64,000 nt of DNA from an uncultured Chloroflexia bacterium (lineage in GTDB: Bacteria > Chloroflexota > Limnocylindria > Limnocylindrales > CSP1-4). Every line of letters begins with the position of its first letter. Within the stretch, counting starts at the first letter, position 1. Location of the stretch: assembly GCA_963720755.1 (NCBI GenBank), contig CAVRGP010000015.1, positions 480,001-544,000 of the forward strand, given 5' to 3'. The translations under genes were made by a program, and so were the position numbers. Under the pieces are notes generated by a model, which did not search any database, had not been told where the DNA came from, and saw nothing but the letters and a program-made list of their open reading frames with translations. This document shows positions 48,175-59,012 of this stretch, piece after piece.

Positions 48175-48782
48175 AGGTCCTGGGGATCGACCCGGGAACT
48201 GCGGCGCTTGGCTACGGAGTCATCGAGCGGACCGGCAGCCGACTCCGCGAGGTCGATCATGGATGCCTGACGACCAGTCCCGATCGCTCGCTGCCTGAAC
48301 GACTGCTCGAGATCCACGCCCTCGTGGACGAGCTGCTGGCCCTCCACCGTCCCGACCTCATGGCGGTCGAGCGGCTCTTCTTCTCCCGGAATGTCCAGAC
48401 CGCCATGGCCGTCGGGCAGGCGCGTGGCGTGGTGCTCCTGGCGGCGGCCCAGTACGGCGTGCCGGTCCGGGAAGCCACCCCGAACGAGGTCAAGAGCGCC
48501 ATCGCGGGCTACGGCGGCGCCGACAAGGAACAGGTCCAGCGAATGGTCCAACTGGTCCTGGGGATGCGGGAACTGCCACGGCCGGACGATGCCGCGGATG
48601 CACTGGCGATCGCGACATGGGCGGCGAATACGGATCGCGGCTCTGCCCAGCCCACGGCCGGGGTCCTGGATCGTGCAGCGGTCGCCCCGATCACCCGCGG
48701 CTCGACCGGCTACGAACGTGCCGTTCGAGAGGCACTCGCGGCCGAGCGAACCGAGCGCGCTGCGAAGCGCAGCGCTTCGTAG
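48171..48782 (+). CDS. ruvC: Holliday junction endonuclease RuvC
   Basis: LGIDPG, ERLFF, GQARG, DDAADALA. Confidence 0.96.
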   Translation: MKVLGIDPGTAALGYGVIERTGSRLREVDHGCLTTSPDRSLPERLLEIHALVDELLALHRPDLMAVERLFFSRNVQTAMAVGQARGVVLLAAAQYGVPVREATPNEVKSAIAGYGGADKEQVQRMVQLVLGMRELPRPDDAADALAIATWAANTDRGSAQPTAGVLDRAAVAPITRGSTGYERAVREALAAERTERAAKRSAS

Positions 48783-48790
48783 ACCGGGCC

Positions 48791-49387
48791 GTGATCGCAT
48801 CGCTCGCGGGCATCGTCGGAGCGGTCGGCCCCAATTCACTGGTGATCGAGGTCGGCGGGATCGGCTATCGCGTCTTCGCGGCACCCGCGATCCTGGCGGC
48901 CGCTCGACCTGGCACCACGTTGAAACTCCACACCTACCACCTGGTCCGGGATGACCAGCAGGCGCTGTACGGGTTCGGCTCGGTCGAGGAGCTCGGGTTC
49001 TTCACCCTGCTGCTCACGGTCAACGGCGTCGGCCCGAAGGTGGCGCTCGCCATCGTCGGCTCGCGACCGACGCCCGATCTCCAGCTCGCGATCATGGCCC
49101 AGGACCAGGCGGTCCTGGTGGCGATCCCCGGGATCGGCAAGAAGCTCGCTGAGCGGATCATCTTCGAACTCAAGGAGAAGGTGACGGCGGCGGGCGTTGC
49201 GGTCGCCGGTCCGGCCGTCCCCGGCGGTGCGGCGAGTGAAGGCGAGATCGTGGCGGCACTCCAGGCCCTGGGCTATTCGCTTGGCGAAGCCCGCGAGGCG
49301 TCCCGGGTCGCCCTCGCCGATGTCGGCGTCGAATCCACCCTCGAGGAGCGGGTCAAGGCAGCATTGCGGAGCCTGTTGCGCGACTGA
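48791..49387 (+). CDS. ruvA: Holliday junction branch migration protein RuvA
   Basis: GGIGY, LYGF, GVGPK, GIGKK, ALQALGY. Confidence 0.95.
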   Translation: MIASLAGIVGAVGPNSLVIEVGGIGYRVFAAPAILAAARPGTTLKLHTYHLVRDDQQALYGFGSVEELGFFTLLLTVNGVGPKVALAIVGSRPTPDLQLAIMAQDQAVLVAIPGIGKKLAERIIFELKEKVTAAGVAVAGPAVPGGAASEGEIVAALQALGYSLGEAREASRVALADVGVESTLEERVKAALRSLLRD

Positions 49388-49443
49388 CGCGCGCTCGCAT
49401 CGAGCGGACGGAGTCGGCTGAAACGCCGCCGATCGGCGCTATC

Positions 49444-49480
49444 GAACATCTGTACGGTTTCAGTGGAGTCGTGCTAGACT
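49444..49480 (+). promoter_or_regulatory. Candidate LexA box (GAAC-N4-GTAC) and extended -10 upstream of ruvB
   Basis: CGAACATCTGTACG at 49443-49456; TGcTAGACT with the hexamer at 49475-49480. Confidence 0.55.
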
Positions 49481-49488
49481 CCGTCGCG

Positions 49489-50582
<1,094 letters not shown>

Positions 50583-50586
<4 letters not shown>

Positions 50587-51759
50587 CTGCTCCGCATCCC
50601 GGCACAGCGGCGCGCTTCGAGACGACCACGCCGCCGCCCGCGGATGGAGCGACGCGGGCGCGGACCGGCCGGCTGACCCTGACCCATGGGGTCGTGGAGA
50701 CACCGCAATTCATGCCCGTGGGCACGAACGCCACGGTCAAGGCATTGACACCGGATGACCTGCGGACCGCGGGCGCGTCGATCATCCTGTCCAACACGTA
50801 CCACCTCTACCTGCGCCCCGGGCACGAGCGGATCGCGCGGCTCGGCGGTCTCCATCGGTTCATGGACTGGGACGGGCCGATCCTGACCAATTCGGGTGGG
50901 TTCCAGGTCGTCTCGCTCGGCGATCTGCGGGTCGTGGATGACGACGGGGTCACCTTTCGGAGCCACCTCGACGGTTCGCTCCACCGGTTCACCCCGGAAC
51001 TGGCGACGGCGGTCCAGGAGGCGCTCGGCTCGGACATCGCGGTGGCCTTCGATCAACCCGTGTTCCCCAGTTCGCCGTACGCCATCGTGGCCGAGGCCAC
51101 CGACCGCACCCACCGATGGGCCGAGCGATCGCTGGCCGCACACAGCCGCGAGGATCAGGCCATCTTCGGGATCGTCCAGGGTGGCCTGGATCCGGATCTC
51201 CGGGCGGCTTCGACCCGGACGATCGCCGCGCTTGCCGTTCGACGGGATCTGCATCGGTGGCCTGGCCGGGGACGAGACGCCCGCCCAACGGGACGCCACG
51301 CTCGATATCGCCATCCCGCTCCTGGCCGACGACCCACGACCGCGCTATCTGATGGGCCTTGGTTCGCCGGCGGATCTGCTGGAAGCCGTGCACCGGGGCA
51401 TCGACCTGTTCGACTCGGTGCTCCCGGCCAGGGTTGCCCGGAATGGTCAGTTGTGGGTACCCGGCGGACGACTCAACCTCCGGAATCAGCGATTCCTGGA
51501 CGACCCGAACCCGGTCCAGGACGACTGTCCGTGCCTGCTGTGCCAGCACTTCTCCCGAGCCTATCTTGCGCACCTGTTCCGGGCCAGGGAGCTGCTCGCC
51601 TACCGGCTCGCAACTTGTCACAACCTGACCTTCACCCTAGACTTCATGAGCAGGATCCGAGCCGCGATCCGAGCAGGAACCTTCCCCACTGCGATGCCAG
51701 GGCTGAGCGCTCACGCGGGCCGCATACGCGACGGTGAAGGCACGGCAAAGTCGGCGTGA
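50583..51759 (+). CDS. tgt: tRNA-guanine transglycosylase; apparent 1-nt frameshift near 51231 and TDSGG->TNSGG
   Basis: FMPVGT, NTYHL and GIVQGG in one frame; GGLAGDE, YLMG, FDSVLP and CPCLLC..HN in the next frame. Confidence 0.88.
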
Positions 51760-51801
51760 AGGATCGAGCGATAGGCTGCAAGACGACGCGGAGGCTGGAC
51801 C

Positions 51802-51966
51802 ATGGGCTCCCGGGATCGACCGAGCAAAGAGAAGAAGAAGCCGAAGGCCAACAAGACCCAAGCGAGCCTGTCTCCACTCTCGGAGCCGCCGCAGAACGTC
51901 GAGGTGATCCGCAAGCCCCGCAAGGAACGCCACGTCGTCCAAGAGGACGACACAGAGGAAGCCTGA
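51802..51966 (+). CDS. Small charged protein (54 aa), below the ORF-track cutoff
   Basis: GGAGG SD; MGSRDRPSKEKKKPKANKTQASLSPLSEPPQNVEVIRKPRKERHVVQEDDTEEA; TAGGCT at 51772. Confidence 0.7.
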   Translation: MGSRDRPSKEKKKPKANKTQASLSPLSEPPQNVEVIRKPRKERHVVQEDDTEEA

Positions 51967-52038
51967 TCGACCGGCGGACGCCAGATCGTCCGCTCCAGGG
52001 GTCGGTCCGATGGATCGGATGAGGAGCGTGACGGACAG

Positions 52039-53091
52039 ATGGCGATGACCGAAGAGCGAGCAGCCGAGAGGAACACCGCGGAGCGCGGAAAGGCGGTCGA
52101 CGCCGCCCTGGCCACGATCGAAAAGCAGTTCGGACGGGGCGCGATCATGAAGCTCGGATCGCGTGAAAAGCTCGTCCTCGACACGATCCCGACCGGCTCG
52201 ATCGCACTCGATCTTGCCCTCGGCGTCGGCGGCATCCCGCGCGGGCGGATCACGGAGATCTTCGGTCCGGAATCGTCCGGCAAGACGACCGTTTGTCAGC
52301 ATGTCCTTGCCGAGGCCCAGGCTCGCGGCGGCGTCGTGGCCTTCATCGACGTGGAGCACGCTCTCGATCCCGGTTATGCCAGGGCCTGCGGCGTCAATGT
52401 CGATGAATTGCTGGTCAGCCAGCCGGACACCGGCGAGCAGGCCCTGGAGATCACCGAAACACTCATCCGTTCAGGCGGCATCGATTGCGTCGTCGTTGAC
52501 TCCGTCGCCGCGCTTGTCCCCCGGGCGGAGATCGAAGGCGAGATGGGCGACAGCTTCATGGGCGTCCAGGCTCGGTTGATGAGCCAGGCACTCCGCAAGC
52601 TGACCGGGGCCGTGTCTCGATCCAACACGGCGCTCGTCTTCACCAACCAGCTGCGCGAGAAGATCGGGGTCATGTTCGGTAATCCGGAGACGACCCCCGG
52701 TGGCCGCGCGATGAAGTTCTACGCGTCCGTTCGCCTCGATATCCGCAGGATCGAGACGATCAAGACGGGCACCGAGTCGGTCGGCAACCGGGTGCGGGTC
52801 AAGGTCGTCAAGAACAAGGTCGCCGCACCGTTCCGCGTTGCCGAGTTCGACATCATGTACGGCGAGGGGATCTCCAAGGAGGGTGGCCTGCTCGATGTCG
52901 GTGTGGCGATGGACACCGTCACCAAGACCGGTGCGTGGTTCACGTTCGGAGAAACGAGACTGGGGCAGGGCCGCGAGGCGTCCAAGGAATTCCTCAAGTC
53001 GAACCCGCCGATCGCACAGGAGATCGATCGCCTGATCCGAGCCAAGATCAACGACGCGGTCATCCCGGTCGAGGGGATCGAGGAGGCATAA
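52039..53091 (+). CDS. recA: Recombinase A
   Basis: [31 protein letters not shown]. Confidence 0.98.
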   Translation: MAMTEERAAERNTAERGKAVDAALATIEKQFGRGAIMKLGSREKLVLDTIPTGSIALDLALGVGGIPRGRITEIFGPESSGKTTVCQHVLAEAQARGGVVAFIDVEHALDPGYARACGVNVDELLVSQPDTGEQALEITETLIRSGGIDCVVVDSVAALVPRAEIEGEMGDSFMGVQARLMSQALRKLTGAVSRSNTALVFTNQLREKIGVMFGNPETTPGGRAMKFYASVRLDIRRIETIKTGTESVGNRVRVKVVKNKVAAPFRVAEFDIMYGEGISKEGGLLDVGVAMDTVTKTGAWFTFGETRLGQGREASKEFLKSNPPIAQEIDRLIRAKINDAVIPVEGIEEA

Positions 53092-53098
53092 CGGGCCC

Positions 53099-53686
53099 GT
53101 GGCCGGTCCAGGCCGACACGCGGAGCGGGTCACCCCGGCCCAACGCCGGGAGCGCCGGGCGGCCGTCGATGATCCGGCCGTCGTCCTCGATGCGGCCGCG
53201 CGCTTCCTTGAACCTCGTGCACGTTCGGAATCCGAGGTCCGTCGCCGGCTCGGGCAGGCGGGCTACCGTCCGGAGCTCGTCGACGGAACGATCGCCAGGT
53301 TGTACCAACTCGGGATGCTCGACGACGAGGCATTCGCCCGTGCCTGGATCGAGTCGCGCGATCGAGCCCGGCCGCGTGGGGAGCGGGCCCTCCAGCAGGA
53401 ACTAGCCCAGAAGGGTATCGACCGCGAGATCGTGACCGGGCTTCTCGAGGAACGGCGAGCTGGACACGCTTCGAGCCACGATGATGACGTTGGATCGCCC
53501 GACGAGGCGGCCGCGGTGCGATTGCTCGCGAGGCACGCACGGGCACTGGCGCGGATCCCGGATGTTCGCCAGCGCCGGCAACGAGCGTACGCATTGCTGG
53601 CGCGGAACGGCTTCGCGCCGGACGTCTGCCGCAGCCTGTCTGCGACCGTGGTGTCGAGCGAGCCCAGCGCGGTCGAGGACGCCTGA
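53099..53686 (+). CDS. recX: Regulatory protein RecX
   Basis: RARSESEVRRRL, LDDEAFA, QELAQKGI, LARNGF; follows recA. Confidence 0.9.
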   Translation: MAGPGRHAERVTPAQRRERRAAVDDPAVVLDAAARFLEPRARSESEVRRRLGQAGYRPELVDGTIARLYQLGMLDDEAFARAWIESRDRARPRGERALQQELAQKGIDREIVTGLLEERRAGHASSHDDDVGSPDEAAAVRLLARHARALARIPDVRQRRQRAYALLARNGFAPDVCRSLSATVVSSEPSAVEDA

Positions 53687-53704
53687 CCATCGTCGGGCAT
53701 CGGT

Positions 53705-53733
53705 TTGACCCTCAGGGGCACCCGCCGTACGCT
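53705..53733 (+). promoter_or_regulatory. Sigma70-type promoter for rny
   Basis: TTGACC-17 bp-TACGCT. Confidence 0.65.
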
Positions 53734-53915
53734 ACGCAACAGAATGATCACGCGCCAGTCGCTGGCGTGAGCGTCCGCAACGGCTAGATCGCGGCCCATC
53801 GGGCGGGCGTGCAAGGCGGGGACCACCCGTCGTCACCCGGCCCGGTCAGCGACCGAGCGCCTACCGCAGCAAGGTCCTCCGGCCCAACGCATGGCCGGAT
53901 GGGAGGAAACCGAAT

Positions 53916-55445
53916 ATGGATCCCGTGCTCCTCCTGGCGTCGGTCGTCCTGGCCGTCGTCGTCGGGGCCATCGCAGGCTTCGTCCTGCGAGGCCTCTGGG
54001 CATCTCAGGCCATGAAAGCGGCCAGCGCAGAAGCGCGCCGCATCGAGGCCGAGGCACGCGCCCGTCAGAAAGACATCATCCTCGAGGCGAAGGACGACAA
54101 GCTGCGAATGCAGCGCGAGGCCGAGGATGAGGCGCGCAGTCGGCGGGCGGAGATGGCCGGCCTCGAGCGTCGATTGCTCCAGCGCGACGAGCAGCTCGAC
54201 CAGCGCACGGACATGCTCGAGGAACGTGATCGCAAGCTGCTCGACCGCGAGCGGGAGCTCGACAAGGCCCGCGAGGATCTGGCGCGAGCGCAGGGCGAAC
54301 AGGTCGCGGCGCTCGAACGTGTCGCGAACCTGACCGCGGACGATGCCAAGAGCCTGCTCGTCGAGGCCGTCCGCGAGGAGGCCGAGCATGATGCGGTGAA
54401 GATCGCCCGAGCCATCGAACGGAGCGCCCGGGAAGATGCCCAGGATCGCGCGCGTGACATCGTGGTGACCGCCATCCAGCGGGTCGCGGCCGACCACACC
54501 GCCGAGCACACAGTCTCGGTCGTGCACCTGCCATCGGATGAGATGAAGGGCCGGATCATCGGCCGCGAGGGCCGCAACATCCGGGCACTCGAGCAGGCGA
54601 CCGGGATCGACCTCATCATCGATGACACTCCCGAGACGGTCATCCTCTCCGGCTTCGATCCCGTCCGCCGCGAAGTCGCGAGGATCGCGGTCACCAAGCT
54701 CATCGCCGACGGGCGGATCCACCCGGGCCGGATCGAAGAGGTCGTGGCGAAGGCGCGTTCCGAGGTCGAGACGATCATGCGCCAGGCAGGCGAACAGGCC
54801 GCCTACGACGCAGGCGTCCCGGGCCTTCCCGCTGACATCCTCAAGACGCTCGGCCGGCTCAAGTACCGGACGAGCTACGGACAGAACGTGCTCAACCACG
54901 TCGTCGAGACGAGTCACCTCGCGGCCGTCATCGCCGCCGAGATCGGTGGCGACGTCCAGGTGGCCAAGATGGGCGGCCTGCTCCACGACATCGGGAAGGC
55001 CGTCGACCACGAAGTCGAAGGTCCGCACGCCGCGATCGGCGCGTCCATCGCCTTGCGTCACGAGCTTTCGCCGAAGGTCGTGAACGCGATCGCGGCGCAC
55101 CACCAGGAGGTGGAATACACCTGCCTGGAGGCCCCGATCGTGCAGATCGCCGACGCGATCAGCGCGTCACGGCCCGGGGCGCGTGGCGAGTCCATGGATT
55201 CGTACGTCAAGCGCCTCGAGGATCTCCAGGCGATCGCCGAGAGCTTCACCGGCGTGGAGCGTTCGTTCGCCGTTCAGGCTGGCCGCGAGGTGCGGATCCT
55301 GGTCCGCCCCGAGGAGATCGACGATCTCACGGCGAGCCGCCTCGCCCGCGACATCGTCAAGAAGATCGAAGAGCAGCTGACCTACCCCGGCCAGATCAAG
55401 GTGACCGTCATCCGCGAGACTCGCGCCGTGGAGTATGCCAAGTAG
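53916..55445 (+). CDS. rny: Ribonuclease Y
   Basis: N-terminal TM, coiled coil, KH domain ([10 protein letters not shown]), HD domain (LLHDIGK), SASRPGAR. Confidence 0.97.
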   Translation: MDPVLLLASVVLAVVVGAIAGFVLRGLWASQAMKAASAEARRIEAEARARQKDIILEAKDDKLRMQREAEDEARSRRAEMAGLERRLLQRDEQLDQRTDMLEERDRKLLDRERELDKAREDLARAQGEQVAALERVANLTADDAKSLLVEAVREEAEHDAVKIARAIERSAREDAQDRARDIVVTAIQRVAADHTAEHTVSVVHLPSDEMKGRIIGREGRNIRALEQATGIDLIIDDTPETVILSGFDPVRREVARIAVTKLIADGRIHPGRIEEVVAKARSEVETIMRQAGEQAAYDAGVPGLPADILKTLGRLKYRTSYGQNVLNHVVETSHLAAVIAAEIGGDVQVAKMGGLLHDIGKAVDHEVEGPHAAIGASIALRHELSPKVVNAIAAHHQEVEYTCLEAPIVQIADAISASRPGARGESMDSYVKRLEDLQAIAESFTGVERSFAVQAGREVRILVRPEEIDDLTASRLARDIVKKIEEQLTYPGQIKVTVIRETRAVEYAK

Positions 55446-55548
55446 GCTGATCGGCGGATAGATGACGGGACACGTCTCTGTCTCAGTCGGGGCCTGACCG
55501 CGATCGGCGTCGGCGACCGTCTGCCGTCCGGGCTGCTAGGCTCCGGGC

Positions 55549-56439
55549 GTGAGTGAACACCGCGCGACACCGACCGATCCCCAGGCACACGGGCGTACGC
55601 GCCTCGGCAACCCGGCCAACGGCAACGCCACTCGACCGCCCGGCGCGTGCCGTGTCCTGATGATCGGCGATCTCATCGGCAAGCCTGGCCGGATCGCCGT
55701 GGAGCAGATCCTGTCGGAACTCCGAGACGAGCGCGGTATCGACTTCGTGACCGCGAACGGCGAGAACGTGGCCGGAGGTATGGGCCTGACGCCATCGACC
55801 GCCGACGCCATCCTCGCCTGCGGTGTCGACGTCATCACCAGCGGCAACCACATCTGGGACAAACGCGAGATCTATCCCTACCTCGAGACCAACGAACGCG
55901 TCCTCCGTCCTCTCAATTACGGCACCCACGAGGTCCCGGGTCGCGGCTGGGGGACATACCAGGCGCTCGACGGCACGGACATCACGGTCATCAACCTCCA
56001 GGGCCGGACGTTCATGCAGCCGATCGACAACCCGTTCACCGAAGCGGACCGGTTGCTCGACGAATCGTCCGAGCCGCTCCCGCCGATCCGCCTGGTCGAT
56101 TTCCATTGCGAGATCACCTCCGAGAAGAACGGCCTCGGGCTCTATCTCGATGGGCGGGTCAGCGCGGTCGTCGGCAGCCACACGCACGTCGTGACCGGCG
56201 ACGAGCGCATCCTTCCGGGCGGCACGGCCTACCAGACCGATCTGGGCATGACCGGGCCGGTGTGGAGCGTCATCGGGTTCGAGCCGAGGACCGTTCTCCC
56301 ACGCTTCATCAATGCGCTGCCGACGCGGTTCGAAGTGGGCCAGGGAACCGTCGTCTTCAACGCCGCCCAGATCGATATCGATCCCGCCACGGGACGCGCC
56401 CTGGCCATCGAGCGGATCCAGCGGCTGATCGAGGCGTGA
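55549..56439 (+). CDS. ymdB: YmdB/TIGR00282 metallophosphoesterase
   Basis: GDLIG, NGEN, GNH, DFHCEITSEK, GSHTHV, TDLGMTG. Confidence 0.93.
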   Translation: MSEHRATPTDPQAHGRTRLGNPANGNATRPPGACRVLMIGDLIGKPGRIAVEQILSELRDERGIDFVTANGENVAGGMGLTPSTADAILACGVDVITSGNHIWDKREIYPYLETNERVLRPLNYGTHEVPGRGWGTYQALDGTDITVINLQGRTFMQPIDNPFTEADRLLDESSEPLPPIRLVDFHCEITSEKNGLGLYLDGRVSAVVGSHTHVVTGDERILPGGTAYQTDLGMTGPVWSVIGFEPRTVLPRFINALPTRFEVGQGTVVFNAAQIDIDPATGRALAIERIQRLIEA

Positions 56440-57374
56440 CAGCGGCGACCAGCAGGCCCCGGGGCCGACACGACCCGGTGCCGGCTCCGAGCGAAGGAGG
56501 CGTCCAGCCACCCGCGCCATCGACGATCGACCTCCACACTCACACGATCCGCTCCGACGGCGTCATGGAACCGGCCGCGCTCGTGGCGGCTGCCGATGCT
56601 GTCGGTGTGAGGTTCCTCGCACTGACCGACCATGACACGTTGGCGGGCTACCGCGAGGTCGTCGCAGCCGGTGTCGTACCGCAACGGATGACCTTGATCC
56701 CGGGGGTCGAGATCAACTCGATCGTCCCTCGGGATATCGGACTCTGGGAGGGTGAACTCCACGTCCTTGGACTCGGTGTCGATCCCGATGACGGCGCGTT
56801 CGAGGCGGCGCTAGCCGGGCAGCGCGATCAGCGACGCATCCGGTTCGATCGGATGGTCGCCCGCCTGCGCGAGCTCGGTCTCGCGGTCGACGACCAGCTG
56901 GAAGACATGACGCTCGACGACGCCGACGCACTCGGACGACCGACGGTCGCGCGCGCCCTCATGCGTGCGGGCTACGCCACGAGCGTCGAGGACGCCTTCA
57001 GCCGGCTGCTCGGCCGCGGCAAGCCGGCCTATGTCCCGCGTGCCGGGTTGGGCCCAGAGGAGGCGATCCGGGCGATCCGCGATGCCGGAGGGCTGCCGGC
57101 GCTCGCCCATTTCAGCGAGGCACCGGCGCGGCTCGACATCGTCCAGGAGCTGATCGATGCTGGCCTCGGTGGTCTTGAGGTGTACTACCGGTCGTTCGAT
57201 GCCGCCACCGTTTCGGCCGTTGCCGCCGTCGCCGCACGACTCGGCCTGGCGCCGACCGGCGGAAGCGACTACCACGGCGACACCGGGACGTATGCCGAGG
57301 CGCACGACCAGTTGTGGGTGCCGCCCGAGGTCGCTGCCGGGATCCCCGGGGCAGGAACCGTCGGCGGGTCGTAG
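56436..57374 (+). CDS. PHP-domain phosphoesterase (TrpH/YciV-like)
   Basis: DLHTHTIRSDG, TDHD, GVEI, ELHVLG, GGSDYHG; GTGA overlap. Confidence 0.9.
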   Translation: MTAATSRPRGRHDPVPAPSEGGVQPPAPSTIDLHTHTIRSDGVMEPAALVAAADAVGVRFLALTDHDTLAGYREVVAAGVVPQRMTLIPGVEINSIVPRDIGLWEGELHVLGLGVDPDDGAFEAALAGQRDQRRIRFDRMVARLRELGLAVDDQLEDMTLDDADALGRPTVARALMRAGYATSVEDAFSRLLGRGKPAYVPRAGLGPEEAIRAIRDAGGLPALAHFSEAPARLDIVQELIDAGLGGLEVYYRSFDAATVSAVAAVAARLGLAPTGGSDYHGDTGTYAEAHDQLWVPPEVAAGIPGAGTVGGS

Positions 57375-57409
57375 GCTCGATCGCACGGCCATGCCAGAAT
57401 GACCCGACG

Positions 57410-59011
57410 ATGACCCGCTCCCTGCCGATCCTCGATCCGTCGCTCCGGTCAGGTCCGGCGATCCCTCGCCAGGCGTCGCAGCCCGACGATGCACGCCTGC
57501 TCGAGTACCTGCCGGAATCTCGGGTCCTGCCCCGTTTCCATGTCTGGACGCTGGGATGCCAGATGAACCGGAGCGATTCGGAGGAGATGGCCGGGCGGCT
57601 GCTGCAAGCTGGCTGTGCGGAGGCCACTGGACTCGAGACCGCTGATCTCATCGTGATCAACAGCTGCGCCATCCGCGAGGGCGCTGAGCAGAAGATCATC
57701 GGCCGGATGGGTCAGCTCGCCGACCTCAAGACGGCCAACCCGGGCCTGCGGGTCGTCCTGACCGGTTGCTCCGTCCGCGAACCGGATCGGGCAGGCCTCA
57801 GGCGTCGCTACCCGGCGGTCGACGTGTTCCTGCGCCCGGACGAGGAGCCAGAGCTGGTCGATCGACTCGGCCTAGCCTCGGCGCAGGCGCCTGTGGGCGT
57901 CATCGGAGCGACGACGACGGTCGGGCGCTCGGTCGTCGGCGTCGCGGATCACCTGGCGACCAGCCGAGCCCGTGCGGTCATGGATAGCGCCGTCTCGCGA
58001 GGTTCGGCGATCTCCGCCTGGCTGCCGATCATCTACGGGTGTGACAAGACCTGCACCTATTGCATCGTGCCGTTCAGCCGTGGCCCCGAGCGCAGCCGTC
58101 CGTTCGACGATATCGTCGATGAGGCTCGGACCCTGGCGGCGGCCGGATACCGGGAAGTCACACTCCTCGGCCAGAACGTCAATTCGTACGGCCATGACCT
58201 GGACCCGGATCCGAGGTTCGGACACGTCGACGCAGCGCGCTGGGCGGGTCCCCAGCTCGATCTTGCCGGACGCCCCGACCTGGCCGAGCTCATCCGAGCG
58301 ATCGATGGCCTGCGGGCTGCCGACGGCGAGCCTGCCATCGGACGGCTCCGATTCGTGACGTCGCATCCGTGGGACCTGTCGGATCGCCTCATCGCAACGC
58401 TGGCCGACTGTCCATCCGTCTGCGAGCACCTGCACCTGCCGGTCCAGTCGGGCTCCGATGCCGTCCTGCGTCGGATGGGCCGACAGTACACGATCGACCA
58501 CTACACGGAGCGCCTCGGGCGAATCCGCGGCTCAGTACCCGACATCACCATCTCGACCGACATCATCGTCGGCTTCTGCGGTGAAACGGAGGCGCAGTTC
58601 GAGGAGACCCTGGCACTCCTGGACACCGTCCGATATGACCAGGTCTTCGCAGCCGCCTATTCCGTTCGACCCGGGACGCCGGCGTCGCACCTGGACGACG
58701 ATGTCCCGGCTGCGACCAAGCGACGACGGCTCAACAAGTTGCTCGACCTGCAGGAATCGATCGGACTCGAACGAAACGAGGCCTGGATCGGCCGTGAGGT
58801 CGGTGTGCTCGTCGACGCGGTCGCGCCCCATCGGGATCAGGGCCACGATGCGGCCGAGCCGGCGGGGGAGGGGACTCGGGTGTCAGGCCGGAGCCGCGGC
58901 AACAAACTGATCCACCTCCGCGGTTCGGAAGCGCTCGTCGGGCGCGAGGTCGTGGTCCGGATCGATCATGCCGGACCGTACGCCCTCAGAGGGTCCCTCG
59001 TCGGGGTGTGA
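57410..59011 (+). CDS. miaB: tRNA methylthiotransferase MiaB
   Basis: GCQMNRSDSE, NSCAIRE, CDKTCTYC radical-SAM motif, TRAM domain. Confidence 0.93.
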   Translation: MTRSLPILDPSLRSGPAIPRQASQPDDARLLEYLPESRVLPRFHVWTLGCQMNRSDSEEMAGRLLQAGCAEATGLETADLIVINSCAIREGAEQKIIGRMGQLADLKTANPGLRVVLTGCSVREPDRAGLRRRYPAVDVFLRPDEEPELVDRLGLASAQAPVGVIGATTTVGRSVVGVADHLATSRARAVMDSAVSRGSAISAWLPIIYGCDKTCTYCIVPFSRGPERSRPFDDIVDEARTLAAAGYREVTLLGQNVNSYGHDLDPDPRFGHVDAARWAGPQLDLAGRPDLAELIRAIDGLRAADGEPAIGRLRFVTSHPWDLSDRLIATLADCPSVCEHLHLPVQSGSDAVLRRMGRQYTIDHYTERLGRIRGSVPDITISTDIIVGFCGETEAQFEETLALLDTVRYDQVFAAAYSVRPGTPASHLDDDVPAATKRRRLNKLLDLQESIGLERNEAWIGREVGVLVDAVAPHRDQGHDAAEPAGEGTRVSGRSRGNKLIHLRGSEALVGREVVVRIDHAGPYALRGSLVGV

Positions 59012-59012
59012 C

